A DNA stretch of 64,000 bases from the human T2T-CHM13v2.0 reference genome, Homo sapiens. The stretch lies in assembly GCF_009914755.1 (NCBI RefSeq), contig NC_060937.1, one strand, 5' to 3'. Positions 28,591 to 43,132 of the stretch are shown here, one piece after another (the first letter of the stretch is position 1; each line of letters opens with the position of its first letter). Under the pieces are notes generated by a model. That model saw nothing but the letters and a program-made list of their open reading frames with translations. It did not search any database and was not told the origin of the DNA. The position numbers were made by a program, and so were the translations under genes.

Positions 28591-28699
28591 CAGGCCAAAT
28601 AATTAAATAAAAGCTGCCCTTAGTTGGCTACTTATTGAAGCCCTGGTACCCCAATGAAGCACAGGCAAGTCTATTCTGCAAAAAAAAAAAAAAAAAAAA

Positions 28700-30470
<1,771 letters not shown>

Positions 30471-32254
30471 AAAAAGAGCATTGGAGTTGGGAACGAGCAG
30501 CAAACCCCAGGGAAAACTGGAGCTTTGGCCAGATTTGTCTCAGACCCCTCCCACCTGCATTTTGTCTCAGCCAATTACAGCTCCCATCCACGAATACTGC
30601 CAAAGGAGTATGTGATAATCCTGGTGTTGGCAAATAGAAGTTGGAGGTAACTTTTCCCATGGAAACTTTGAAGGCAAAAGACCAGCCTGGCTTTGACACC
30701 CTCCCCAAAACAGCCCTGTGCCAGGGGACACCTTCTCACAGCAGCCCACACACGACTCAGCTCCACAATGGGGGTGACTGGAGGGCCAGCCTGTGGACCA
30801 CTTACAAGAGCATCCCAGAGCCCCTCTAGAGGGCCAGTTACCCCTAATGATCACAATGCTTTCTCTATATTTTTCACCGTGTGTGCTCAACAAGCTCCTA
30901 GTCATTCACCTTAGTTGAAAAGACAAATAATTTGACCAACTTTTTGACTAGATATAAAATGTGAAAGGAGTCCAACAATGCATACAAGTCACACTTCTTA
31001 TATTACTATTTAAATGTTAGTGACTTCTGAATTTAAGAATTGTGTTACTATTTGTCAACTAATCAATATGTTTACTGAAACACTCAGTCCTTATAAGCAT
31101 AACTTAGTGCATACTGCAATAAAAAATTTAAAATCTTGAGCATCTGGGACATGTAAAATATGTGATTAAGTAATTTATGGGAACATTCATGCAGCTTTAT
31201 TTATAGATAATTTAAAATACCATCATTGCATTTTTTTTAAGTAAAAACAAGTACACAAAGAATAGAACAAAGAACAGCTTGATTTATTCTTGTCAGTAAT
31301 AGAATATCAGTATCTATTAGAATGTGATTTAAGTTAATTCCTCAAAATTAGTTTGGTTGGATTTTCAATGTTTTTACATCAGAATGCAAAACTTATTGGT
31401 ATAGATTTTTCTATGCTGTAAATGCTATCTTAATGAAATATAGAAGGAAGGGAAGGAAGGAAGAAGAAATTAAGCTTTTTCTAAAGACAGGCTATATGAT
31501 TCAACTAAGCCAATTTAACTTAACTGCATTGATATTTGCCAGATTGCTATCCTCCTCTGCAGAGGAAGGCCCTGAAAACACTAATGTTCATCACAAATTC
31601 TCCTAAAGTCACATTAGGATCTGATAAAATCAATAATTCTTTGGCACATTAAAAATTGATCTCAAGGAGATATTGCCTTATAATTATTCCTTTGCCAGAT
31701 ACCCCTACAAAAACACTTTCATAAATTGTTAAGGTTTTACTTAATATTCTGCATCCTTGAAGTTCTCAAAAATATCAGTAACTATCACGTTAGTTATTCA
31801 GCAGCAACGCTGTGCTAGTATTTCATATAGTAACAGAATACATGCCAACTAATTCCAAGAACTGCTTGTATAACTGGATTAAAAATTTCACTAATAATTA
31901 TTGTAGAGAAGACCAGCAGCCTAGAGTCTGACAAAGATTGTTGTCTGGAGTGACTTCTCATCTGTTTACCTTCCTATAGGCTTTGGAGACCATTTCACTG
32001 GCAATGAAGGAATTCTACTGATTTTGCCCAAAATGCATCCTCAGGCCTACCTCCTTTCAGGGAGAAGGAACCAAACGAATAAATGATCCCATAGCCTACA
32101 TCAGAGATCAGAAATAAAATGGTTTGGAATTGAGGGTGAGTGGGGAGAGAGTGACCTTGAGAAGCCACTGCAGGAGGGCCCTTCTAGGTCTCTGAGGCAA
32201 CCACAACTCCTCCAGCTTTGTTTTCTTGGTTATTCTGTCTGCAGCGAAACCCTT

Positions 32255-32283
32255 AAAACAAAACAAAACAAAACAAAACAAAG
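32255..32283. repeat. (AAAAC)n
   Basis: Read directly. Confidence 0.85.
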
Positions 32284-32454
32284 CCCTTCGAAGCTCACCT
32301 GAGAAGTGACTAGAATTAAGGAGAGGTTATGGAGTGTTCGTACTCAGCAGGAATTCGAAACCATGGAGGTAGCCAACAAGGGCGCCCTCACCCCTGAGGG
32401 TCCATTTGGATTTGCAATTCTATTCCCCCACCCCCACCCTGCCACCCAATCCCT

Positions 32455-32456
<2 letters not shown>

Positions 32457-32501
<45 letters not shown>
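32457..32501. repeat. Perfect (AC)~22 microsatellite
   Basis: Uninterrupted AC run. Confidence 0.95.
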
Positions 32502-32503
<2 letters not shown>

Positions 32504-33339
32504 CACTCCCTTTGAAGCAATTTATCAGGCTTTCTTCTGGGGAAAGTCTTGGAGTAAATATTAGTTTTCTTAACTTATCCTTCTTCTATTGACAATGACC
32601 TGTTTTGTACCAAAGAAGCTACTGAGTAATGGAGTTATGAAGCACGCTAAAACTGGGAGTTCATCCAGGTAAAGCTATCTGGGATTTTGTGCCAGAGTCT
32701 AATCCTCTTGCCCTCTAGGTCTGGAGGTATCTCTACAAGGTCAGGGAGATGTGCTCCTACCTAAGTGATTGTCTCTTACTGCGCCCAACAACGCCAGGCC
32801 CCATTGTGCTCGGAGGAGTGAAGGGATTACAAGAGGGCAAAATAAACTCTTCCAAGATGCACAGATACTTCCCTTCTAATATCTCTGCACCATCCAGAGA
32901 TACTAGCAAGGAAGGAGAAGTTCCCTTTACAATTTGGAATGCAGTATCCAGGAATGTGGTATAATTCTTTGATTTGGGTGATAGGTATAAATAGCAGTGG
33001 TAAAAACAGCAAGTTACTTCTGTCTACAAACCGAGGTCAAGTCATCCCTTCTTAAAAACTGTTAGCTGGACTGTTCCTGTCTGGTGTAATAGTGTGAATA
33101 AAGATTAGTCTGTACACATACATACAATTCCTCAAAATAGTATCTTCATATAAGGAGAGTTATATTTGTATAAAAGAACGTGTTTGAAAATTACAGGCAA
33201 TGTAGCAACAATTCCTGAATTATTCTTTTGTTTACTTAGCACTTCAGTTCAAAAGGCTAATTAGTTATTTTGTTTAAGCTGAGGAAGAGGGGCTGAGGCT
33301 GACATGGAACCCAAAGTAACTATCTTTGGTTTATATATA

Positions 33340-33540
33340 GGTGGTTAGGATATATCAGGCGCTGTGTAGCCCTCCCTTTATTATCTCACTGAATTTTCAC
33401 AACAACCCTGGGAAAGAGGTATTATTATCTCCATTTTGTAAGTGAAAGAAACAAAGAGGGAGAGAACTTACTTAATGTCTCATGGGCTCATAGCTAACTA
33501 TTAGCAAAGCCAACATTCAAACCCAGGCCTAACTCCAAAC
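33340..33540 (-). mobile_element. MIR SINE
   Basis: 'ttcacaacaaccctgggaaagaggtattattatctccattttgtaagtgaa...attcaaacccaggcct'. Confidence 0.8.
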
Positions 33541-33569
33541 CTCACGACCGAAGTTGAACCAATACTTAT

Positions 33570-33750
33570 TGGGAGATGGTGCATGAGGCAGCAGGGAGAT
33601 TCCTGGCTCCCATTTTCCTTCAAGAGACTCTGCTGCAAGGAGCATGGGTGATGAACAGCCTCCAGTTGCCATACCTTTGCATCACCACAGCTTTCACTCC
33701 AAGACCAAGATTTTCCAGGGCTTCTCTCAGCCCATGTCTAAGCATGCGCT
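33570..33750. mobile_element. Possible ERVL LTR fragment (LTR33/LTR16-like)
   Basis: 'aacagcctccagttgccatacctttgcatcaccacagc...ccagggcttctctcagcc' resembles recalled ERVL LTR consensus. Confidence 0.4.
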
Positions 33751-34184
33751 AAGAAGGTTGTCAGAAGTGAAAGGCTCAGGCAGTTTATCAGAGAGGCGGG
33801 TGGAGATCTGGAAGGACAGTGCTGTGGATCTCAGATGCCTCAGAGACACCAGGGCTCCCTTGGGGTGAACCCACAGCTAGGGAGAGATGGTGCCTTAGGG
33901 AGGGAAAGCGGCATACCTAGATCAGAAGGAGCTTAATGTACAAGATTTTAAGAGGCTGTTAAGTGAGAAGGGAAACCAGGACCCAAATGAGGTATAGATA
34001 TTGAATGAATAGAAGTTTGTAGAGTAATAGCAGGTAGAACGAATTATTTACATTTTCTTTTTCTTTGGTGTCTCCTGTTTTCTTCTTCCTCCTTGATTAT
34101 CTAACTCTAATCTCCTTATAAAAAACATACTCTTGTCCTTTTTCTTTCATCCTCCAGTCAGCAGAAAAACATACCAATGAACAT

Positions 34185-34243
34185 TTTATTTCTTTTTTTT
34201 ATTATACTTTAAGTTCTAGGGTACATGTGCACAACGTGCAGGT
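34185..34243 (-). mobile_element. Extremely 5'-truncated L1PA (about 45 bp of 3' UTR plus A-tail)
   Basis: 'ttattatactttaagttctagggtacatgtgcacaacgtgcaggt' is the L1PA terminal sequence in antisense. Confidence 0.85.
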
Positions 34244-35690
34244 CTCTTATGTATTAGACTTTATGTTCGTTGTTCTCCATACAGATTAATTGAACATTAA
34301 AATTTTTCTTTCTCAAGAAGAGTTAACTGCTCTTTTAACATGTATCATGGCCCTCAATTAACATTCTTTCATAGGGTCATAGGGTCAATGGTAAGAAGAG
34401 GGTACACTTTTCACTTTCATCAGAGGTATTTTCATAGGAAAATACTGGCTAACAAGATTTATCCTATAAAATTAAAACACTAGTGAAAATCAAATTCACT
34501 TAGAAAATATCTATATACAATTTCACTTACTAAAAGAGCTAAAATAAAGGCTAAGGTTTTTCTTAAAGCAATCAACTTCAGGAGCTACTTGCAAATTAGT
34601 GTCTGTTCTTTTCTTTACCAGTCATTAGCCTGAATTGGTACCCAAGTCATGTTACGAGAAAATAAAGACTTACACAGACCATTTTAAATTCTGTAGTCTC
34701 AATTACCATATATGCTCTTATTAATTGTTTCTAAGAATTCCTCTTCAAAATGTGTGCAAGTAACGCATCATATGGAAAGGCAACTGAGTTTTCATATACG
34801 GCTTAAAAATACAAACTTCAGAAACACAGATGTTATACCAAATTCTCACTTGCTTACTCCCAGCTAAACTCAATCTCTGAGCTTTAAAAAGATTTTCTAA
34901 ACTGCTAAAGATTAAAAAAATGACATTATACATTCACATCTGGCTCTGTCACCATTTAGGGCATGTTAACATAGATTTTAAACATCTGGGGACAGGGGAA
35001 AAGATCTATCGGGAGCTTTTCACTACCATGACAACTGAAGTGTACTGTTGCTCAAATAGTTCAGTCTCTGCTCATCTACATTTAACACCACCACAGGCCT
35101 TCCATTTTTCACCACTTAAAAACAACAATTATCATAGGAAATAATACTCATATGTAGAAAGTTCCTAGGGAGAGTGTTTCTTTCATTTCCATCCTGCTTT
35201 AATCCTGTGGGTAGGACAGATCCTTCCTCTTTGCAGCAATGCAGTTAAACCAGTTTATATTTTCTGGCTTTTAGACATGGAAGTCCTTCCTATATTTTTG
35301 AGTCACTCAAGAGATGGCTCTTAATGACAAAGTCTTAATGGAAATGGTGAAAATAACCTAGCATTATTTTTTTCTATAAAGCAGCATCTTTTCTGTGTGT
35401 TCAAAATTTAACCAACATTCTAAAGAGCATAGAATATGGGCAATAAAAATTATAGGTTTCATGTGTTAATGTTTTCTGAATGGCAGATGTACAACATACT
35501 TTAGACATACTATTTTTCATTTATTCTTCAAAACTACCTGTAGTTAGTATTATTACTTTGGAAAATTAAACTATGGAGAGAGGTACAACATTCACACAAC
35601 CATGTATTAAGTGCCTATGCTTGGGCAAGTGCTGTGCTAGGCAACAGGAATGTAATGGTAAAAATTACAGCATGCCCCACCCTCATGGAG

Positions 35691-36078
35691 TGTATCAGTC
35701 TGTTCTCACACGGCTCTAAAGAACTACCTGAGACTGAGTAATTTATGAAGAAAAGAAGTTTAATTGCCTCACAGTTCCACACGCTTAACAGGAAGCATGG
35801 CTGGGAGACCTCAGGAAACTTACAATCACGTCAGAAGGCGAAGGGGAAGAAAGCATGTCTTACCATGGCAGAACAGGAGACAGAGAGAGAGAGTGGGGGA
35901 AGAGCTATACACTTATCAGATAACCAGATCTTGTGAGAACTCACTCACTATTATGAGAAGAGCAAAGGGGAAGTCTGCCCCCATGAGCCAATCACCTCCC
36001 ACCAGGGCCCTCCTCCGATACGTGGGGATTACAATTCAAGATGGGATTTGGGTGGGGACGCAGAGCCAAATGATATCA
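35691..36078 (-). mobile_element. MSTA-like MaLR solo LTR
   Basis: TG...CA ends, MST motifs ('aagaactacctgagactg', 'caggaaacttacaatca', 'gatttgggtgggga'); perfect 5-bp TSD TGGAG at 35686-35690 and 36079-36083; sits in an L2 fragment. Confidence 0.92.
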
Positions 36079-36199
36079 TGGAGCCTACCATCTATGGCCA
36101 AGAAAGGGAAACAAAGGGCCACTGACAGGTGGGAGTGGAATCTAAATCTGACTTCAAAGCAAAAACCAAAACATCAGGTCTGACTGACTTCTAAACCAA

Positions 36200-37160
36200 A
36201 AGCCTTGAAGTCACCTTTGACTCACCTCTTCCTGTCACACACAATACATCCAATCCATCAGCAAATCAGGCTAGCTCTGGCACAAAATCAATCCAGATTA
36301 CAACCACATCTAACCACCCAGGTCAAAATCACAACCATCTCTCACCTGGATTATTACCTCCATTCCTAACTAATCTCTCCATCTCTAGCCCTTTCTCTAT
36401 TTATTCTGTTCTCAAGAGACAGCCATCTGGGTCTTGCTAAAATGTTTTGTCAGACATGTCACTCTTCTGCTCAAAACCCTGCAAAGTCTCCCATCTCACT
36501 CAGAGAAAAAGCTGAGTCCTTACATCAGCCTGCAGGGCCCTATACAATGTACTGGGTCACTGTATCTCCCACTGCTCACTTTCTTGCTCACTCTTTTCTG
36601 GCCCACAGTCTTCTCTATTGTTCCTCAAACATATCTGGCCTCTTCTCATATCAGGAGTCTGTACTTGCTGTTCCCTCTGCCTAGAACTCTCATCCCTTCC
36701 GAATGGTACCAGCTTAGCAAGGCCTATCCTGCCCATATTTATGACAGCAAGCCTCCTCCAGCATGCCCTATTCTCCCTTCCCTGCCTCATCACTCTCTGC
36801 AGTACAAATCACCATCTGACATACACTTTACATGTTGAAATTGTTCACTGGCTGCCTCTTGTGTCTCCCGGCTCTACAGAGCTGACTGTGCTCATCTCTT
36901 CCCAGCTCCCATCCATTGATACCATATTGCTAGCCTGAAATCAGCTGTGATCAGCAAACACTACAAAGTAGGCCTTTAAAGAAAAAAAAAAAAGACAGCC
37001 AAATTAGTGTATAGCACTCTCCTCCTAAGAACACATAGCCCCCTCCAACAAGAAAATATGCTGCATGAAGCAGAGTTTTTGTCCATTTTGCTCCATGCTT
37101 TCTCCACAGAACCTTAGTGCTTGGCACATCATAGGAACAAGATAAATGTTTGTTAAATGA
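36200..37160 (+). mobile_element. L2 LINE 3' region
   Basis: 'ccaatccatcagcaaatc', 'catgtcactcttctgctcaaaaccct', 'cttgctgttccctctgcctagaac', terminal 'aaatgtttgttaaatgagtga'. Confidence 0.8.
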
Positions 37161-40100
37161 GTGAACATTTCTCCTATCCTCAAGCAGATTGAAAGTACTA
37201 GTATCAGAGCTCCAAACCTTCATTTTCAGAACTGCTCTAAGCATGTTCTGTGGTTTAGAAAGCGTGGCCATTTTCCTGAACCTACTCCATCTGTTCCTAA
37301 CGGGGGCTCCTCTCCACTTGCATGGTCTATGGGCAGAAGACACAAGGATTGCCAGTGCCCTCCAGTCTCTGCACATGCCTCTAACTCACAGACGGCAAAG
37401 CAGTAAATTGGGAAAAGCCTGACAAAACTGTTTTTTCATTTTTATTGTAACTTGTTAAAACAAATATTAAACTACAGATGATACAGTGTGCTATGTTCAA
37501 AACTGTAGAAAAATGTGTGTTAAAACTATGGGTCATGTTTAAGAAGACCCCTTTAAAAACACGTTGTTTAGAAAGTAAAAATTTTTTTTTAGGATCCAAG
37601 GAGCAGTTTAACAGAGGCTCTAAAGGAAAGAGCAAACTGATAAGGATCTGCAGAGGAAACATGTTATTCTGTCACATACATGGAGGATAACTCTTTGGTA
37701 AGTAAAAGAGAAAGAATGTCACTGACCCACGTAAATGTGTTAACAGGGCCTTAATTCAATTGAAGTGGGAATTCTAGAATGTTCGTGAGCTTGGTGAACA
37801 TGATGGAGGGAAGAGGTCTGAATTCTGTGGTGCAGGTGGGAGAGTCTGTGATTAAGATAACAATCAAAGTATTGAACTAGGAGAAAAGAGGGAAGAGGTT
37901 TAATAGAAGCCTCCACCAATCATGCTTCCTTCAGGAACACAAAATTGGACAACTATTTACACCCAAAAAGCACCTTTAAAAGAACCAAAAATCACAGTAC
38001 CTGGTTTTAAATTTATATCACTGAAAGAGGCACTGAAGAGGATATAAAAGACAATATTGAATTCCTGATGCCACCCCTTCCTCATTCCATGGCAGTACAT
38101 CCCACCATCGCTGCACTCTCCCTCCCCTAAACACACTTGGGAAAGGGAGAGTGCAGTGATAGTGGGACTTTGCATTGAAACTCAGTGCTGCCCTGTCACA
38201 GAGGAAAGCAACACTAGGCAGAACTCAACTGGCACCTACAGAGGGAGCATTTAGACCAGCCCTAACCAGAGAAAAATCATTCACCCCAGTGGTCAGAACT
38301 TGAGTTCCAGCAAGCCTCATCACTGCAGACTAAAGTGCTCTACAGATCTCAATAAACTTGAAGGCAGTCTAGGCTAAAAGGACTACAATTCCTGGGCAAG
38401 TTCTGGTGCTTTGTTGGGCCAAAAGTCAGTGGACTTGAGATGCATATGACCTAGTAAGACACCAGCCAGGGCAGCCAAAGGAGTGCGAGTACCGCCCCTC
38501 CACCAACCCCAGGCAGCACAGCTCACAGCTCTGGGAAAGACTCCTTACTTCTGCTTGAGATGAGAATAAGGAAGAGTAAAGACTTTGCAAGTCCAAGTTC
38601 AGGACTTGCAACTTGGATACTAGCTCAGCCACAGTAGACAAGGGCACCAGGCAAAGTCCTGAGGCCCCCATTCCAGGCCCTAGCACCTGAATGACATTTC
38701 TAGACACATTCTGGGCCAGAAGAAAAGGACCCAATCTTGGGTAATTCATCACATGCTGACTAAAGAGCACTTTGACCCTGAATAATCAGCAGTAGGACCC
38801 AGGCACTACTCACTGTGAGCTTTGGGTAAGACTCAGAGACATGCTGGCTTCAGGTGTGACCCAGCATATTGCCAGCTGAAGTGGCTATGGGGAAGGACCC
38901 CTTACGCTTGAGAAAAGGAAAGGGAAGAGTAAAGGAGACTTTGTCTTACAGTTTAGGAACCAGCTCCGTCACAGTGGCACAGTGGGATAGAGCATCATGC
39001 TGGCTCTTGTGGTTCTCAATTCCAGGTGTTGACTCTTGCACGGCATTTCTGGACCAGCACTGGCCAGAGAGAAGTTCACTGCCCTGAAGGGAGAGTTCTA
39101 GGCTGGCTGTATCCACCACAAGTTGAACGAAGAGCCCTTGGGTCTTGAAGGAACAATGGTGGTAGCCAGGCAGTACTCACTGCAGACTTGGGGCAGTGGT
39201 AACCATGAGGAGAGACTCCTCTGCTGGTGGAAAGGAGAGGGAAGATTCAGGAGGACTTTCCCTTGTGGCTTGGGTGCCAGCTTAGCTACAGTAGAATAGA
39301 GAATCAGGTAGATTATTAAGGTTTCCAACTCTAGGCCCTGGCTCCAGGACAGCATCTCTAACCTGGGGGGGATCTTTCTGCCCTAACAGGAAGAACACAA
39401 ACTTGGCTGGCTTTACCACCTGCTGATTGTAGAGCCCTAAGGCCTTGAGTGAACACAAGTGGTATCCAGGCACTGGTTACCGCAGGCCTTTGGCAAGACC
39501 CAGTGCTGTGCTGGCTTCAGGTCTCACACAGCACAATCCCAATAATGGTGGCCACAGGGATGCTTATGTCACCCCTCTTCCAGCTCCAGGCAGCTCAGCA
39601 TTGAGAGAGAGACTCTGTTTGTCTGGGAGAAAGTAAGGGAAGAGAAGAAGAGTCTCTGCCTGGTAATCCAGAGAATTCTTCCAGATCTTATCCAAGACCA
39701 ACAAGGTGATAGCTCTCTGAGTCTGCAAGCGTCACAGCTTGGGCTTGGGTTACCCTCTAATGCAGATATGGCTGCAAGGACCAAAAACTTATAACACTAA
39801 CATCTTTTCAAATACCTGGAAAACCTTCCCAAGAAAGACGGGTACAAACAAGCCCAGACTATGAGGACTACAATAAACACCTAACTCTTCAATGACCAGA
39901 CTGGACGAATACCCACAAGCATTAAGACCATCCAGAAAAACATGACCTCACCAAATGAATTAAATAAGGCACCAGGGTTATATCCAGGGGAGAGAGAGCT
40001 ATGTGACTATTCAGACAAAGAATTCAAAACATCTGATTTAAGGAAAGTCAATGAAATTCAAGATAGCACAGAGAAGGAATTTAGAATACTGTCTAATTAA

Positions 40101-40875
40101 TTTAACAAAGAGACTGAAATAATTAAAAAGAATCAAGAAGAAATTCTGGAGCTGAAAAATGCAGTTGACACACTGAAGAATACATTATAGTCTCTTAACA
40201 GCAGCATTGATCAAGCAGAAGAAAGAATTAGTGACCTTGGAGACAGACTTATTGGGAAATACACAAAGGAGACAAAAGAAAAAAGAATCGAAAAGAATGA
40301 AGCATGCCTACAAGGTCTGGAAAATAGCCTCAAAAGCCAAAAGCACAAACCTAAGAGTCATTGGCCTTAAAGAAGAGGTAGAGAGAAAGAGAGATAGGGG
40401 TAGCAAGTTTATCCAAAGGGATAATAACACAGAACTTTCCAAACCTAAAGAAAGATATCAATATTCAAGTACAAGAAGGTTACAGAACACCAAGCAGATG
40501 TAACCAAGATAAGGTGACCAAGACATTTACTAATCAAACTCCCAAACGTCAGGGATAAGGAAAGGATTCTAAAAGCATCAAGAGGAAAGAAATAACATAT
40601 AATGGAGCTCCAATACGTCTGCTGGCAAACTTCTCAGTGGAAACTTTATAGGCCAGAAGAGTGTGAAATGACATATTTAAAGTGCTTACAGAAAAAAACT
40701 TCTTATCCTAGAATAGTATATCCAGTGAAAATATCCTCCAAATAGGAAGGAGAAATAAAGGAGAAATAAACTATACAAACACATGGAAATTAGACAATAA
40801 GCTCCTAAATGACTAGTGGGCCAATGAAGAATTATGAAGGAAATTTAAAAATTTATTGAAACAAATAATATTTTT

Positions 40876-42130
40876 AGAGGAATAATTTTATTGTAGAAGA
40901 GTCTTATGTAAGCATAAGAGCAAAGAAAGATCCCACCAAATAAATAAGCATTATATATGATTACATAAAACATAACATTTCAAAATACATGCACACACAC
41001 ACATCACAATATACATGACAGAGAAAAGACTAATATCTTTACTATATGAGGATATTTTATAAATAATAAAAAAGGTAAATACATCAATAGATCAATAGAA
41101 AACCTGGCAAAAGATATAAACAGGCAACTCACTGAAGAAGAGCTAGAAATAATATATGGTAAAATGGATGGCAAATATATGAAATAATTTTAAAACCTTA
41201 TTTGTGATCAAATGAAAATTTCAATAATTCCAACACATTTATCATATGATATATATACACACAATTTCCACATTTATCTTATAAAACTGGCCAACATTTT
41301 TATTTTTAATGAATATGCCCAGCACTTAATAAAAATGTAGGAAAATGAACATTCATGCCAGCTCATGGAAATATAAATTGGACTAACCATTCTAATCCAC
41401 AATTTGACAATAAATATAAAAGCCTTAAAATGTATTCTGTATGAAGTAGGATATATGTTAGGATATCAGATTCTCCTAGGGATAATACCAAGGGTTTGAG
41501 GAGATGATATTCACTACAGCATCATATGTAACTGAAAAAAAAGGATAGGGCAATCTAAGTATCCAGTAGCCAAAATGTCCAAACCAATCATGAAATATGT
41601 GCACAGGATTGGAATAATATGAAGATGACACAAATTAAGTAGTAGACAAACACAGTGAACTATGGAAACAATTGACAGTGTATTTCTAAGGGAAAAAGTA
41701 TCAAAAAGTACATGCTATCATTCATTTAGCCAACACATCGAGTGCTGAACTTAATTATATAAATAATAACAGCTTATGTGTATATGTAAAGAAAATACAG
41801 AACAGACATAAGGATAATAATATTACCTTTAAGTGTTGAATATTATAATGAAGATGATGGAAATCATCCATCATCTCACTATTGTTCACTGTAATAAACG
41901 TGTAAGACTTTGGAAATCAGAAAGTAATAAGTTATAAGGAAGTTATAAGGTGTCATGCTTTACCATATCTTACTTTTTTAAACATGCCATGCTCTTTCAA
42001 TATGTCATGCTATATTGTCATGCTTTTCCCCATAAGTTATAATATGTCATGCTTTTTATTTTGCAAAATCCCTTCTCCTAAGAGTTTAATAATAATGATA
42101 CCAATGGGATGGCAAAATGGTTCCAGCTGC
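40876..42130 (-). other. Putative 3'-transduced flank carried by the adjacent L1PA (contains an old L1ME-like fragment)
   Basis: Lies between the L1PA A-tail and a second AATAAA (40887-40892, minus strand) plus short A-run (40871-40875), inside the 17-bp TSD. Confidence 0.8.
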
Positions 42131-43132
42131 TTTTTTTTCCTTTTGTTTATTTTATTTATTTATTTATTTTATTATTATTATACTTTAAGTTTTAGGATAC
42201 ATGTACACAATGTGCAGGTTAGTTACATATGTATAGATGTGCCATGCTGGTGTGCTGCACCCATTAACTCGTCATTCAGCATTAGGTATATCTCCTAATG
42301 CTATCCCTCCCCCCTACCCCCACCCCACAACAGGCCCTGGTGTGTGATGTTCCCCTTCTTGTGTCCATGTGTTCTCATTGTTCAATTCCCACCTATGAGT
42401 GAGAATATGCGGTGTTTGGTTTTTTGTTCTTGCAATAGTTTACTGAGAATGATGATTTCCAATTTCATCCATGTCCCTACAAAGGACATGAACTCATCAT
42501 TTTTTATGGCTGCATAGTATTCCATGGTGTATATGTGCCACATTTTCTTAATCCAGTCTATCATTGTTGGACATTTGGGTTGGTTCCAAGTCTTTGCTAT
42601 TGTGAATAATGCCGCAATAAACATTCGTGTGCATGTGTCTTTATAGCAGCATGATTTATAGTCCTTTGGGTATATACCCAGTAATGGGATGGCTGGGTCA
42701 AATGGTATTTCTAGTTCTAGATCCCTGAGGAATCGCCACACTGACTTCCACAATGGTTGAACTAGTTTACAGTCCCACCAATAGTGTAAAAGTGTTCCTA
42801 TTTCTCCACATCCTCTCCAGCACCTGTTGTTTCCTGACTTCTTAATGATCGCCATTCTAACTGGTGTGAGATGGTATCTCATTGTGGTTTTGATTTGCAC
42901 TTCTCTGATGGCCAGTGATGGTGAGCATTTTTTCATGTGTTTTTTGGCTGCATAAATGTCTTCTTTTGAGAAGTGTCTGTTCACGTCCTTTGCCCACTTT
43001 TTGATGGGGTTGTTTTTTTCTTGTAAATTTGTTTGAGTTCATTGTAGATTCTGGATATTAGCCCTTTGTCAGATGAGTAGGTTGCGAAAATTTTCTCCCA
43101 TTTTGTGGGTTGCCTGTTCACTCTGATGGTAG
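42131..43132 (-). mobile_element. 5'-truncated L1PA (L1PA3-like), about 1 kb
   Basis: ORF2 C-terminus, 3' UTR with G-rich tract, GAG (not ACA) diagnostic in 'aatgacgagttaatggg', A-rich tail 42131-42180. Confidence 0.95.
42382..42984 (-). pseudogene. LINE-1 ORF2p C-terminal (cysteine-rich) fragment, 200 aa, uninterrupted but without promoter or N-terminus
   Basis: [20 protein letters not shown]...[13 protein letters not shown]...[10 protein letters not shown] is the ORF2p C-terminus. Confidence 0.93.

Noticed and set aside
35745-37422. Cluster of overlapping 60-140-aa ORFs
   Set aside because: Derived largely from the MSTA LTR and L2; no coherent coding signal.
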